This document shows, one piece after another, positions 55,092 to 63,599 of a DNA stretch of 64,000 nt (the stretch's first letter is position 1; every line of letters starts with the position of its first letter). The translations under genes and the position numbers were made by a program. Origin of the DNA: a virus (taxonomy: Duplodnaviria; Heunggongvirae; Uroviricota; Caudoviricetes); the IMG/VR virus record IMGVR_UViG_3300046533_000211, positions 33,220-97,219 of that record, one strand, 5' to 3'. Below the pieces are notes generated by a model. The model was not told where the DNA came from. It did not search any database and saw nothing but the letters and a program-made list of their open reading frames with translations.

Positions 55092-55718
55092 ATGATGGAC
55101 GACTTGCGGACCTGGGCGGCGCAGGAGGTTCGGCCTTGCACCGTTCAATATCTGGCCGCCTGCTTCGAGTGTCTCGACGGCAAGCCGTGGGAACCCATGG
55201 TGTTCGCCGATCCAGAGTCCAGGGACGCCTGGCTTGGTGATCACGCCAAGGACCACCACATCCAACTGGGGTTGCGCACCCTCTTCGAGGACGATGCGCT
55301 GCCTAACAACCATCCCAGCCCTGCCGAGCCTCAGCTTCGGCATGCCTGGCGCTGGTACCGGGTCGAGGATGGCCTGCTGGTCTCACCCATCGAGTCCGTC
55401 CCGCTGCCACGAAATGGTGTGCTGTACGACGTTCACGTCTTCCCCAGCGCTGAGCTGATGAACCACGCGCTGAAGGGGAGGTGGCTGGACCACACGCCCA
55501 AAAGCATCAAGGCCAGAGGGTATGCACTGACCATGGGTCCCGCGTATCCACCGTTCCAGGAGGATCACAACATCAACCAGATCTACGGATCGACCAGGGT
55601 GCAACGCTATGAAGCACGGGGTATCTTCACCACCCTGCCGGTCCATTCCGAAGCCTATGACATGCCGGTGACCTCGCACGTTGACCTACCGACCCTGAAA
55701 CGAGCGGAGAGTGGCTGA
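55092..55718 (+). CDS. hypothetical protein (208 aa)
   Basis: Better coding character than antisense ORF 54981-55343; small 33-aa ORF 54996-55095 may precede it. Confidence 0.55.
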   Translation: MMDDLRTWAAQEVRPCTVQYLAACFECLDGKPWEPMVFADPESRDAWLGDHAKDHHIQLGLRTLFEDDALPNNHPSPAEPQLRHAWRWYRVEDGLLVSPIESVPLPRNGVLYDVHVFPSAELMNHALKGRWLDHTPKSIKARGYALTMGPAYPPFQEDHNINQIYGSTRVQRYEARGIFTTLPVHSEAYDMPVTSHVDLPTLKRAESG

Positions 55719-55915
55719 CCAGGTGAGCGTCCAGCGTCCAGAAGCCGCGAAGAGCAAACAAGCCGAGATTGATGCCGCCCGCTGTCTGCTTGAACGGCAC
55801 GGCTACACCGTTTTGCTAGTGCCACCAGGTGCATTGCCGGGTTGGTTGAGGCCGTGGTGGCTGAGATGACTGACCCTGATCCCACCGTGGACAGATCTTC
55901 CCGATGCGGCATGGG

Positions 55916-56137
55916 ATGACCACAGACGCCATCGCACGGTTCGTGCTCGACCGCAGGGAGGACATCTCGGGCATCTCTGGCACTGGAGTCGTGGCCGAGG
56001 GTGTGATGTTCAGCGACGGCACCTCCGTGCTGCGCTGGGTGGTGGGCAAGCGGTCCACTGCGGTCTACGACTGCATGGAGGATCTCGTCGCCATCCACGG
56101 GCACCACGGGGCAACCCAGGTCCGCTGGCTGGACTAG
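55916..56137 (+). CDS. hypothetical protein (about 73 aa)
   Basis: ORF 55904-56137, ATG 55916. Confidence 0.5.
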   Translation: MTTDAIARFVLDRREDISGISGTGVVAEGVMFSDGTSVLRWVVGKRSTAVYDCMEDLVAIHGHHGATQVRWLD

Positions 56138-56391
56138 TCCCGCCACTTGGCCTTCGCCTCATCAATTGCCACCCGAGAGCGACTCTCCAGCTCGCCCTCC
56201 CGCTGCCAGTAGGCCAGGGTGTCGGCGATCATGCGGATCTCGTTCTCATCCAGCTCGTTGGTCGTCATGATCCGGGGGTCCGAGCACATCCACCGATACA
56301 GCCAGATCCGTTCGCCCCTGCCGGTGATCCTGGCCTGACCCAGCAGCGCGAACATGCGCCGGGTCAGCCTGGGGTCAGCATCTGGCGGCAT
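56134..56391 (-). CDS. hypothetical protein (85 aa)
   Basis: ORF. Confidence 0.5.
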   Translation of the reverse strand: MPPDADPRLTRRMFALLGQARITGRGERIWLYRWMCSDPRIMTTNELDENEIRMIADTLAYWQREGELESRSRVAIDEAKAKWRD

Positions 56392-56629
56392 CGTCCCGGT
56401 TGTCGCTTCCGATCCTGATCAGCCAGTTGTGCAGACGCACCCGCAGTGATGGCTTGACTGGCGTATACCACTCGCCCCGAAAGCCGATGATCTCAGGGAC
56501 TCCATGGATCTCGGGGAAGTCATCAGGCCAGTTGCATCCGAACGCCTCAGGCCCGAGGTCGTAGAAGTTGCGCGGGGCCGGGGCGGGCTTCGACAGCACC
56601 TCGGCCAGCTTCAGCGCGATGCTCACGAC
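56375..56629 (-). CDS. hypothetical protein
   Basis: GTG with GAAGGAGGA RBS. Confidence 0.45.
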   Translation of the reverse strand, partial: VVSIALKLAEVLSKPAPAPRNFYDLGPEAFGCNWPDDFPEIHGVPEIIGFRGEWYTPVKPSLRVRLHNWLIRIGSDNRDDAARC

Positions 56630-56997
56630 TCCTCCTTCGCCCGGAAGTCGCGGCAGGCTGGCCACCACGCCCTGATGTCAGAGGACTCGCAGCCCGTGTC
56701 GCGCGGGTGTGGGTACACCTCCACGCTGGGATACCAGCACTTCGGATACGTCTTGTCGTGGTGGCCGACCAGCTGGCGGAACACACAGCCACCACATCGC
56801 GGCCCAGATCGATCCTCCGGGTCGCGTGGCGCATCGGGGTGGAGCAGGACGGGACGGCCCAGTGGGTGCACACCCGTCGCAATGCGGCCCGCTACGAGGC
56901 GCTTCCGGCGCTCGCCACGACTCAGCTCCTCCTTCGGGGGTGGGAGGACCCAGGCATCATCGGGCACCTCGAACAGCGGCACGTCCTCAGTCGTCAC
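56623..56997 (-). CDS. hypothetical Cys-containing protein (124 aa)
   Basis: ORF. Confidence 0.55.
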   Translation of the reverse strand: MTTEDVPLFEVPDDAWVLPPPKEELSRGERRKRLVAGRIATGVHPLGRPVLLHPDAPRDPEDRSGPRCGGCVFRQLVGHHDKTYPKCWYPSVEVYPHPRDTGCESSDIRAWWPACRDFRAKEES

Positions 56998-57451
56998 CGT
57001 CCACCTCCAGCTCGGTGATGGTGTCCTGCTCCAGCTTGATCTGCACGGCTCCAGTCACCTCGTCGGTGTCAACAGAGGCCACCACCCCGGTCAGGATGGT
57101 CCCGGCAGCCGGGCCGTAGTGGATCTCGAACCCCACTCGCTCGCCCTTCTTGACCATGGGCGGGTCCTTGATCAGCGGGTTCGGCGTCATTGTGATCTTG
57201 GTCAGCTGGTCGAGGAACTCACCCGCAGCGATCCGAGCAGCAGCACCTATGTCACCACCCGGCGCGCTAGTGTGCACCTGGATACTGGTGGCTCCACCGT
57301 CACCGCCCAAGCCCGCGATGGGCAGTGACGGTGGGCCGCCACCTCCCATGAACAGCCCGCAGGCATCGCAGGCCACCCCGGACCCGACCTGGTGCATCTC
57401 GCTCTTGCAGGATGGGCAGCGCATGTCCACCCCGCCGCCCGCAGCGGTCAC
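56987..57451 (-). CDS. hypothetical protein with N-terminal CPSC..C.AC zinc ribbon and Gly-rich linker
   Basis: 154-aa ORF. Confidence 0.55.
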   Translation of the reverse strand: MTAAGGGVDMRCPSCKSEMHQVGSGVACDACGLFMGGGGPPSLPIAGLGGDGGATSIQVHTSAPGGDIGAAARIAAGEFLDQLTKITMTPNPLIKDPPMVKKGERVGFEIHYGPAAGTILTGVVASVDTDEVTGAVQIKLEQDTITELEVDGDD

Positions 57452-57618
57452 AGCTTGCCCGCCAGCTTCAGCGCGTTCACAGAGTCCACGGCACGTAGCC
57501 TGCAGTCACAGAGCGGGCTGCTGCGTGGGCACTGGGGCCAGCTCATGGAGCAGTCTGTTTCCAGCCTGGCCATGGTGTTGCCCACGATGGCGTACAGCAC
57601 GTCGTCCTCCTTGCTCAT
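57448..57618 (-). CDS. small protein (56 aa)
   Basis: ATG within ORF 57448-57771. Confidence 0.4.
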   Translation of the reverse strand: MSKEDDVLYAIVGNTMARLETDCSMSWPQCPRSSPLCDCRLRAVDSVNALKLAGKL

Positions 57619-57803
57619 GCCGTCCCTATCCGCTCGATGACCTCGGCCTTGGTAGCCAGGCCCTTCTCGTACTGGCACAGGATGCAATCTGCCTTGTCGC
57701 CCCTTGGTTGCCCGAGGAAGTCGGCGGTCGCACGGTGCCCGATCATCTGGTGCATCGTGATGAGGAACCAACCGATGGAGTCCACACCTGCGCGGGTGCT
57801 CAT
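57615..57803 (-). CDS. small protein (62 aa)
   Basis: ORF. Confidence 0.5.
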   Translation of the reverse strand: MSTRAGVDSIGWFLITMHQMIGHRATADFLGQPRGDKADCILCQYEKGLATKAEVIERIGTA

Positions 57804-57997
57804 ATCTGCGGCTTCATCTGGAGCGGTTCATCGAAGCTGTGGCCCTCCTGCTGGAACGACGGGCCGAAGGTGGCCAGCTCGATCCGGGTGGCGCACTCGC
57901 CTATCGCCTGCCGGTAGTCACCCCGGTGGTCCTCCTCTGTCGCCAGGGACTCCACCACCGTGCGCTTGCCGATCTCCACGATCACGGTCACCTTCAT
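57800..57997 (-). CDS. small protein (65 aa)
   Basis: GGAG RBS. Confidence 0.5.
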   Translation of the reverse strand: MKVTVIVEIGKRTVVESLATEEDHRGDYRQAIGECATRIELATFGPSFQQEGHSFDEPLQMKPQI

Positions 57998-58139
57998 CAG
58001 ATCTCCTCATCTCACTGCCTGCCATGACGGGTGAGCAACGCATCAGCGCCAGGTGATCCTCAGAGCAGGCCACCACGACACGCCGCCCACTCTCGAAGGT
58101 CAACCGGCATCCACACGGGAAGGTGTGGACGACCGTCAC
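57918..58139 (-). CDS. possible Cys-rich small protein (GTG start) overlapping next gene
   Basis: ORF; 80-nt overlap makes it doubtful. Confidence 0.25.
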   Translation of the reverse strand: MTVVHTFPCGCRLTFESGRRVVVACSEDHLALMRCSPVMAGSEMRRSDEGDRDRGDRQAHGGGVPGDRGGPPG

Positions 58140-58270
58140 TTGGGGCGTGGGTCGCTGTGCTGGGGCCGTGGCTCGTCGCGGCGCTCAGGCCTGGGGGCTG
58201 GGGCGGTTGGCTTGTCGCCCCGCGTCTGGGGTGGCGTCTTGATGTCGCGGCGCTCGCTCTGGTCAGACAT
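58136..58270 (-). CDS. possible basic Pro-rich peptide (44 aa)
   Basis: Below cutoff. Confidence 0.25.
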   Translation of the reverse strand: MSDQSERRDIKTPPQTRGDKPTAPAPRPERRDEPRPQHSDPRPK

Positions 58271-58520
58271 TGGTGTCCTCCTCATCTGGTGCGATGTCGA
58301 TCTCTATTTGCAATGTTTCACGTGGAACACCGCAGCCCTCACAGTCGGGATTCGCGCAGGATGTCTCGATGCGCCGTACTGCCATCCCGATGGACAGTCC
58401 GTACAGGACCAGCTCGCCAGCGACCCGGACCTCGATCTCCTGCGGCTCGCCCCACTCGATACCCCGCAGGTGTTCGGGCAGGCTCATGATCGTCATGCGG
58501 CCCTTGGGTTGATTGCTCAT
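58263..58520 (-). CDS. hypothetical protein (CANPDCEGC motif)
   Basis: ATG 58520 coupled. Confidence 0.5.
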   Translation of the reverse strand: MSNQPKGRMTIMSLPEHLRGIEWGEPQEIEVRVAGELVLYGLSIGMAVRRIETSCANPDCEGCGVPRETLQIEIDIAPDEEDTNV

Positions 58521-58759
58521 AGCACTCCGCTCGCTTCCCACTCACGCTGTAGCCGCAGCAGGGTCAGCGCGGCTCCGGGCACATCGCCCTCGTTGCTCTT
58601 GGCCAGGGCATAAGTCAGGCCCGTCAGGAACCCGGTGGCGAACCCGGCCTTGTCGTTCGCCTTGAGATCCTCGGCGGTCAGGATCAGCTCTATTCCAGCC
58701 AGGATGTCAGCGGACTTGTCGCTCGACTCCAGGCTGTCTATCAGCTCATCGAACTTCAT
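58517..58759 (-). CDS. hypothetical protein (80 aa)
   Basis: ORF. Confidence 0.55.
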   Translation of the reverse strand: MKFDELIDSLESSDKSADILAGIELILTAEDLKANDKAGFATGFLTGLTYALAKSNEGDVPGAALTLLRLQREWEASGVL

Positions 58760-58901
58760 CGGGGTGCCTCATCAAGTTCAGCAGCAGGGCAGCGGGGCCA
58801 CCGGGCCGCTCCTCGGCCTGCTTGATCATGGCAGCAGTCGCCCCGCAGTCATCACAGCCGTTGTCATCCCAGGCATCCCGCGCGCAGTTCGGGCAGATCA
58901 T
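58746..58901 (-). CDS. zinc-ribbon peptide (51 aa, MICPNCARDAWDDNGCDDCG...)
   Basis: Below cutoff; coupled both ends. Confidence 0.4.
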   Translation of the reverse strand: MICPNCARDAWDDNGCDDCGATAAMIKQAEERPGGPAALLLNLMRHPDEVR

Positions 58902-59158
58902 CAGCCCTCCTCGAATCGCTTGAGCTGTTCCCGCAGCAGCTTGACCACATCGCCCCGGTCCGCACCGTTGCTGATGTAGTTGCAGCGGCCATCCTTGCTG
59001 CCGAAGGGGAACACCAGCAGGACGAAGCCAGTGCCCCTGTCGTCCCCTGTCCTGTCCCCGTTGAAGATCTCATCGAGGCCATGCGCGACGGCCTTCATCT
59101 TCTCGACATACTCATCCTCGATGGGTGCGTCCCCGAGCTGGTGTTCCTCAGTGCTCAC
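58901..59158 (-). CDS. hypothetical protein (85 aa)
   Basis: ORF. Confidence 0.55.
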   Translation of the reverse strand: MSTEEHQLGDAPIEDEYVEKMKAVAHGLDEIFNGDRTGDDRGTGFVLLVFPFGSKDGRCNYISNGADRGDVVKLLREQLKRFEEG

Positions 59159-59318
59159 GTGGTGGCCTTCCTTCCTTGCCCTGAGCTATGCGGATCAACG
59201 CGGCACGTACGCCAGTCTTGCTCAGCCCCACGGCCTTTCCGATGCGCTCGTAGCTGTAGCCCCTGCTCCGCAGCTCGATGATCATCCGGTCGCGATCGCC
59301 CGCGTTCATCTCGATCAT
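59148..59318 (-). CDS. small HTH DNA-binding protein (56 aa, sigma-70 region-4/LuxR-like: YSYERIGKAVGLSKTGVRAALIRI)
   Basis: My own translation of the minus-strand frame; differs from the listed 59155-59352 frame. Confidence 0.45.
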   Translation of the reverse strand: MIEMNAGDRDRMIIELRSRGYSYERIGKAVGLSKTGVRAALIRIAQGKEGRPPREH

Positions 59319-59437
59319 GTCCACACCCAGACGTAGCCGCAGTCACAGACATTGCATAGTCGCTCGGCGGTGATATCAGAACGCACCCGATGGCGCAGCA
59401 CGTAGACGTGCCACCAGTACCAGCGCTTCATCATCGC

Positions 59438-59626
59438 TCACCGCCCTGACAATTCATTCGGGTTCCACGGCACGTTGCGCTGGTAGATCAGCCGCTGCAC
59501 CTGGTGGTCGGTCTCGTCGTTGATCATCATCTGGAGCCACAGCCCGAACGCACCTGCGGTCGCATCGTCCATGTCCTCCAGCTCGACCACGAAGCGGGTG
59601 ACCACCGGGGGCTTGGGCTGGCTCAT
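59438..59626 (-). CDS. hypothetical protein (62 aa)
   Basis: ATG (MSQPKPP) inside ORF 59438-59848. Confidence 0.45.
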   Translation of the reverse strand: MSQPKPPVVTRFVVELEDMDDATAGAFGLWLQMMINDETDHQVQRLIYQRNVPWNPNELSGR

Positions 59627-59741
59627 CACCGCCCCTTCCGTAGGTGTTCCCCGGCCAGGACGGACACCCCGAACACCAGCACAGCCAGGCCACCCCACTG
59701 GGCCAGGCTCAGACCGGCCAGTGTCTCCAGCACGGAACGGA

Positions 59742-59942
59742 TCACTTCTTCGGCTTCGGGTCCATCTCCAGCGGCAGCTGCTCCTGGAGCGCCACGAAGT
59801 CCAGCACCGCCGTCGTCGCATCGTGGACCACCTGAGCCTGCTCGGCATTGAGCGTGATCGTGGTGACCCCGTCCTCGACAGTCCGCGTGACCTTCCCCGG
59901 CACCTCGATGCCGAAGCTATTGATCTTGACGCCCATCCTCAT
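59742..59942 (-). CDS. hypothetical protein (66 aa)
   Basis: ORF. Confidence 0.5.
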   Translation of the reverse strand: MRMGVKINSFGIEVPGKVTRTVEDGVTTITLNAEQAQVVHDATTAVLDFVALQEQLPLEMDPKPKK

Positions 59943-60399
59943 CTCCTCCTTCTGTGGGTATCTTCTCCCTGACCCGTGACATCGCCGCCAGCAGTCTCTG
60001 CTGGAAGTCGGGCTGGTCCATCTCCCCCTCGACCAGCTCGTCGGCCACCAGCACCAGCTTCTCGGAGGGTGTCGCCCCTGGCCGCAGGATCGCGATGAGG
60101 GGCTTGTCGAGCATGATCATGTAGCCCAGCTCGACGGCGAACTTCACATCGGGCACACCGTCCGGTGGCACCAGGCTCATCGCCACGGCGCTGCTCTTGA
60201 TCATCGGGATCAGCTCGTCGCGCACGTGCTGCGCGTACTCCTGAAAGCCGGGATCTTGGGACCAGTCCACCGGCCTGTTGCCGGGGCGGCTCCGCCAGGT
60301 GTTCGGGCCACACACATCACAGACCACGGTCACGGACTCGGTGAAGTCTGTGGACTTGACGTGCGCGGTGAAGTGCGGACAGAGCACCAGCTTCGTCAT
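59917..60399 (-). CDS. hypothetical protein, 160 aa (possible nucleoside 2-deoxyribosyltransferase-like fold)
   Basis: ORF; weak resemblance only. Confidence 0.55.
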   Translation of the reverse strand: MTKLVLCPHFTAHVKSTDFTESVTVVCDVCGPNTWRSRPGNRPVDWSQDPGFQEYAQHVRDELIPMIKSSAVAMSLVPPDGVPDVKFAVELGYMIMLDKPLIAILRPGATPSEKLVLVADELVEGEMDQPDFQQRLLAAMSRVREKIPTEGGDEDGRQDQ

Positions 60400-60728
60400 G
60401 GCACCCGGCCCATCGTGAAGCCGGTCACCCCGAGCGACTCCAGCACCACCCCGGCAGCGATGTTGGCCCGCATGGCCTGGAAGTCGGCCTCGTCCTTACC
60501 CGCGAGCAGATTGTTGGGGAAGTCCGGGTACGCACCGCTGATCGCCACGGTGGCGATGCCCAGCGCGTGCTCATAGTCCTCACGGCTCAGTCCCAGCTTG
60601 CGGGCCAGCCGCACCGGGCAGCGGTTGTGCCGCCAATTCGCCCAGTCGATCTCCCCTTCACCCTGGTAGCCCAGCGACTCATCACACTCCGGGCAGCGGA
60701 CCTCGATCATGTCGGTGGGCATGGTCAC
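60396..60728 (-). CDS. hypothetical protein with N-terminal CPEC zinc ribbon
   Basis: ORF. Confidence 0.55.
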   Translation of the reverse strand: MTMPTDMIEVRCPECDESLGYQGEGEIDWANWRHNRCPVRLARKLGLSREDYEHALGIATVAISGAYPDFPNNLLAGKDEADFQAMRANIAAGVVLESLGVTGFTMGRVP

Positions 60729-60841
60729 TGGTAGTTCCAGTCCGCGACGGTGCGCAGCAGGCCGTGCAGGAACCGGAACGTCGGCCCGATCTCCCGCAGG
60801 AACACCATGCCGTCATGCAGCGCGTTGATCATGACGCATCC

Positions 60842-61069
60842 TCACTCCACCCACTCCACCTGATTGCAGGCAATGGCCAGATTCATCGCCATGACGGCGC
60901 GGCGCAGCTCACGGTGCGCTGCCGTGGTGTCAGCACAGGGTGGCGCGCACTCGTTGAACAGCTCGGCCAGCTCACGCGCCTTGGCGCGGATCGCCTGGTA
61001 CGCCGTGATCTGCTCCTCTGTCGGTGCGTGGTAGGCGTACCAATTGTCCAACTCGGCCTGATCAGCCAT
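60842..61069 (-). CDS. hypothetical protein (75 aa)
   Basis: ATG 61069 with AGGAAACGGAA RBS. Confidence 0.5.
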   Translation of the reverse strand: MADQAELDNWYAYHAPTEEQITAYQAIRAKARELAELFNECAPPCADTTAAHRELRRAVMAMNLAIACNQVEWVE

Positions 61070-61138
61070 TTCCGTTTCCTCCTGGTTTAGGGACCGGACG
61101 GTGGACTCTGGGGGGAGGAGCACCGCCCGGTCCGGTCC

Positions 61139-61591
61139 TTACTCGCCCGGTTGGGCCTGGGTGGCAATGGCAGGCCCGACGCCAGCACTGAGGCCAGACC
61201 CATCCGAGAGCTTCTGGTCCGAGAGCTTCTCCCGCAGCCGCTTGATCTCCTCCAGGCGGGACCGCAGGGTCGTCCGGTCATGCTCGATCTGCTGGATCGC
61301 CTCGTCGGCGAACTTCTCCAGCTTGCGCAGCTCACCCCTGTCCAGCTTGGAGTGCTCCTCGCGGGTGCGGGCCAGCTCGCCCCGTAGCTCGGCGATGGTC
61401 CTGCCCTGTCTGCCCTGCACCCTGTGCGCTGCCTTCAGTCGGTCCTCGGCCAGCTCCAGCTGGTAGCACAGCTGGCGCTCCCGCCTGGTGAGCTTCTCCG
61501 CTGGTGGGTTGGCATCGAGGAGACGGGTGCTCAGCGGGTCGCTCAGCTCCTCCTCGGTCATCTCGCTGGGGTGTTTCAGTCGCTCGGTCAT
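61139..61591 (-). CDS. coiled-coil protein (150 aa)
   Basis: ATG 61591 with GAGAGGA RBS. Confidence 0.55.
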   Translation of the reverse strand: MTERLKHPSEMTEEELSDPLSTRLLDANPPAEKLTRRERQLCYQLELAEDRLKAAHRVQGRQGRTIAELRGELARTREEHSKLDRGELRKLEKFADEAIQQIEHDRTTLRSRLEEIKRLREKLSDQKLSDGSGLSAGVGPAIATQAQPGE

Positions 61592-61605
61592 CCGGTTGGT
61601 TCCTC

Positions 61606-62553
61606 TCACTTCGGGGGGATCGGGATCTGGATCAGTGGGTTGCCACCCGATCCGATCTGGCCCCAGCATCCGGCTGGGTCCTTGCCGTTGTCGACCATTT
61701 TGTTGATGCAGTTGAAGATCGCCACCCGCAGATCCGGTGGTGCCTGCATCGCACGCTGCTCACTGGCCAGCCTGTTCTGGGTGGCGGTCTGCACGTCCTG
61801 CTGGGCGTTGCGCGTCTCCTGGACCTTCTGGTTGAACTGATCGATCCGCTGCTGGGTGGGGTCGTCGTAGAAGATCCCCGGAATCCTCACATCGATCACG
61901 ATGATCTCGCTGCCCACTGCGGCCTGGAGGTCGGCCTTGACCTGCGCTGCGATCCCCGGCAGGTCTGCGCCCTGGTTCTGGGCCGGGACGGTGGTGGGCT
62001 GGGTCGGGTCCACCACGGCAGCTGTCACCTGTGGGTTGAACACCGCGAAGTGCTTGCTCAGTGCGACCTGGAGCTGCTTGTCGACCAGGTTCTGCCTGAT
62101 GTTCTCGAAGGTCCGGTAGTCCTGGAACATCTGACCAGCGGCGTCCTCCTTGATCCGCCAGTTCAGGTTGGCCTCGACATAGGCGGTGCTGTTGTTGCCC
62201 AGCCGCACCTTCACCGCATTGCCTGGGCTGCCGAAGTTGTCACCTTGGAAGCTCTGCAGCTGGATCGCCGCGTCCATCTCGCTGACCTTCTGCCAGGGCG
62301 CATGCCACTGGAGACCGGCCCCGGTCTCCCTGGAGGGCCTGCCGTAGGTGGTGATGATGCCGACGTTGCGGGTGCCGACGATGTCGAAGCTGGAGAAGAT
62401 CAGGCAGAGCAGCGCGACGAACCCCAGCACCGCACTGGCCAGCCGAACCACGGGGCGCAGCGAGTGCTCCCCCGGCTGAACCACATAGCTGGCCCCGTAG
62501 ACGATGATCGCGATGATCAGGAATGCGATGGCTGTGATGAACCATCCGGGCAT
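61606..62553 (-). CDS. SPFH/band-7 (stomatin/prohibitin-like) membrane protein
   Basis: N-terminal TM then SPFH-type core, Q-rich coiled-coil tail. Confidence 0.65.
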   Translation of the reverse strand: MPGWFITAIAFLIIAIIVYGASYVVQPGEHSLRPVVRLASAVLGFVALLCLIFSSFDIVGTRNVGIITTYGRPSRETGAGLQWHAPWQKVSEMDAAIQLQSFQGDNFGSPGNAVKVRLGNNSTAYVEANLNWRIKEDAAGQMFQDYRTFENIRQNLVDKQLQVALSKHFAVFNPQVTAAVVDPTQPTTVPAQNQGADLPGIAAQVKADLQAAVGSEIIVIDVRIPGIFYDDPTQQRIDQFNQKVQETRNAQQDVQTATQNRLASEQRAMQAPPDLRVAIFNCINKMVDNGKDPAGCWGQIGSGGNPLIQIPIPPK

Positions 62554-62583
62554 AGGACTTCCTCTCGTTGGTTGTGTTGCGGC

Positions 62584-62943
62584 TCAGGCCTGGAGGTAGG
62601 CAGTGTTGCTGGTCACCCAGTTGTCCTTCCAGCCCCAGTCGTCCATCACGTACTGGCGGAATTGCTGCTGCGTCAGCTCGATGGTGTCGTCCTTGGCCCA
62701 GCGCATCATCTCGATGGCGTCGTCGTAGTCGGAGGTGTGATCCTCGGGCGGGGCGGGCAGGTACGCCCGCTCCAGTAGCTCGCCGTTGGCCAGCCTGGTC
62801 AGGTACTCCTCGACCTGCTTGGTGGTCACCTTGATGTAGCCGAGCTTCGCCTTCTCGTAGGCCTCGGCGTGGGTGGAGCGGTTCTGCTCCAGTGCCAGCA
62901 TGAGCCTGTCCGGGTCGACCTGGATGGTGATGCCGTCTCTCAT
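62584..62943 (-). CDS. hypothetical protein (119 aa)
   Basis: ORF. Confidence 0.55.
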   Translation of the reverse strand: MRDGITIQVDPDRLMLALEQNRSTHAEAYEKAKLGYIKVTTKQVEEYLTRLANGELLERAYLPAPPEDHTSDYDDAIEMMRWAKDDTIELTQQQFRQYVMDDWGWKDNWVTSNTAYLQA

Positions 62944-63170
62944 AGTCGCTCCTCGTTCACTGCGTCATGGAATGCCGACCCGGTCCCTGTGGGCGGCGGC
63001 TCCAGTGGTGGTGGTGGGCACAGCATCATCTCGCGGGCGATCCTGATCATCTGGCGTAGTTCGTCCTCACGCTCAGCGAGCTGTCGACGGAGGTAGGCGA
63101 TCTGGTCCGCGATGCTCACCATCCGCTCGGCCACCACGTCGGGGTGGCGGATGGTCTTGCTCATGTCCAC
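62940..63170 (-). CDS. hypothetical protein (76 aa)
   Basis: ORF. Confidence 0.5.
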   Translation of the reverse strand: MDMSKTIRHPDVVAERMVSIADQIAYLRRQLAEREDELRQMIRIAREMMLCPPPPLEPPPTGTGSAFHDAVNEERL

Positions 63171-63171
63171 G

Positions 63172-63546
63172 CTAAATGGCCTGTGGCTTCTCTTTGCGCC
63201 ACCAGGCCATCAGCCAGGCGCGCAGATCACGGATGCCGCGAGCGCGCAGGTCCTCGAAGAACTTGATCGCCTTGTCGTCACCGCCGATCTGCATGACGAA
63301 CGCATTGCGGGCCTTGGTGAAGTCGCGGTCGACATTGTTGGTGGTCATGTCCAAGCCGACCCAGCGGGCATCATCGGTGGGCGGCGGACTAGTGGAGGGC
63401 TGCTGCTGGGACTCCTCGATGTCAGCGATCATCGAGGCCAGGAGACAGTTGTCACGTATCCAGCTGGCGGGGACAGGCTGGCCCGACTTGCGTTGCGCCC
63501 AGGCCCAGACGATGTCGGGGACCTCGACAGTGTGGCGTCTACTCAT
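63172..63546 (-). CDS. hypothetical protein (124 aa), first gene of the leftward early operon
   Basis: ATG 63546 within ORF 63172-63612. Confidence 0.5.
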   Translation of the reverse strand: MSRRHTVEVPDIVWAWAQRKSGQPVPASWIRDNCLLASMIADIEESQQQPSTSPPPTDDARWVGLDMTTNNVDRDFTKARNAFVMQIGGDDKAIKFFEDLRARGIRDLRAWLMAWWRKEKPQAI

Positions 63547-63599
63547 GTGCCGATCCCCCTCTGCCGATCCCGGCCTGGTGCCGAGCTGCTGTTGATAGT

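Noticed and set aside
54981-55343. 120-aa minus-strand ORF
   Set aside because: The opposite-strand ORF 55092-55718 has far better coding character; this one is low-complexity.
59155-59352. Listed 65-aa ORF
   Set aside because: The overlapping frame 59148-59318 gives a convincing HTH protein with a proper start, so the listed frame is likely spurious.
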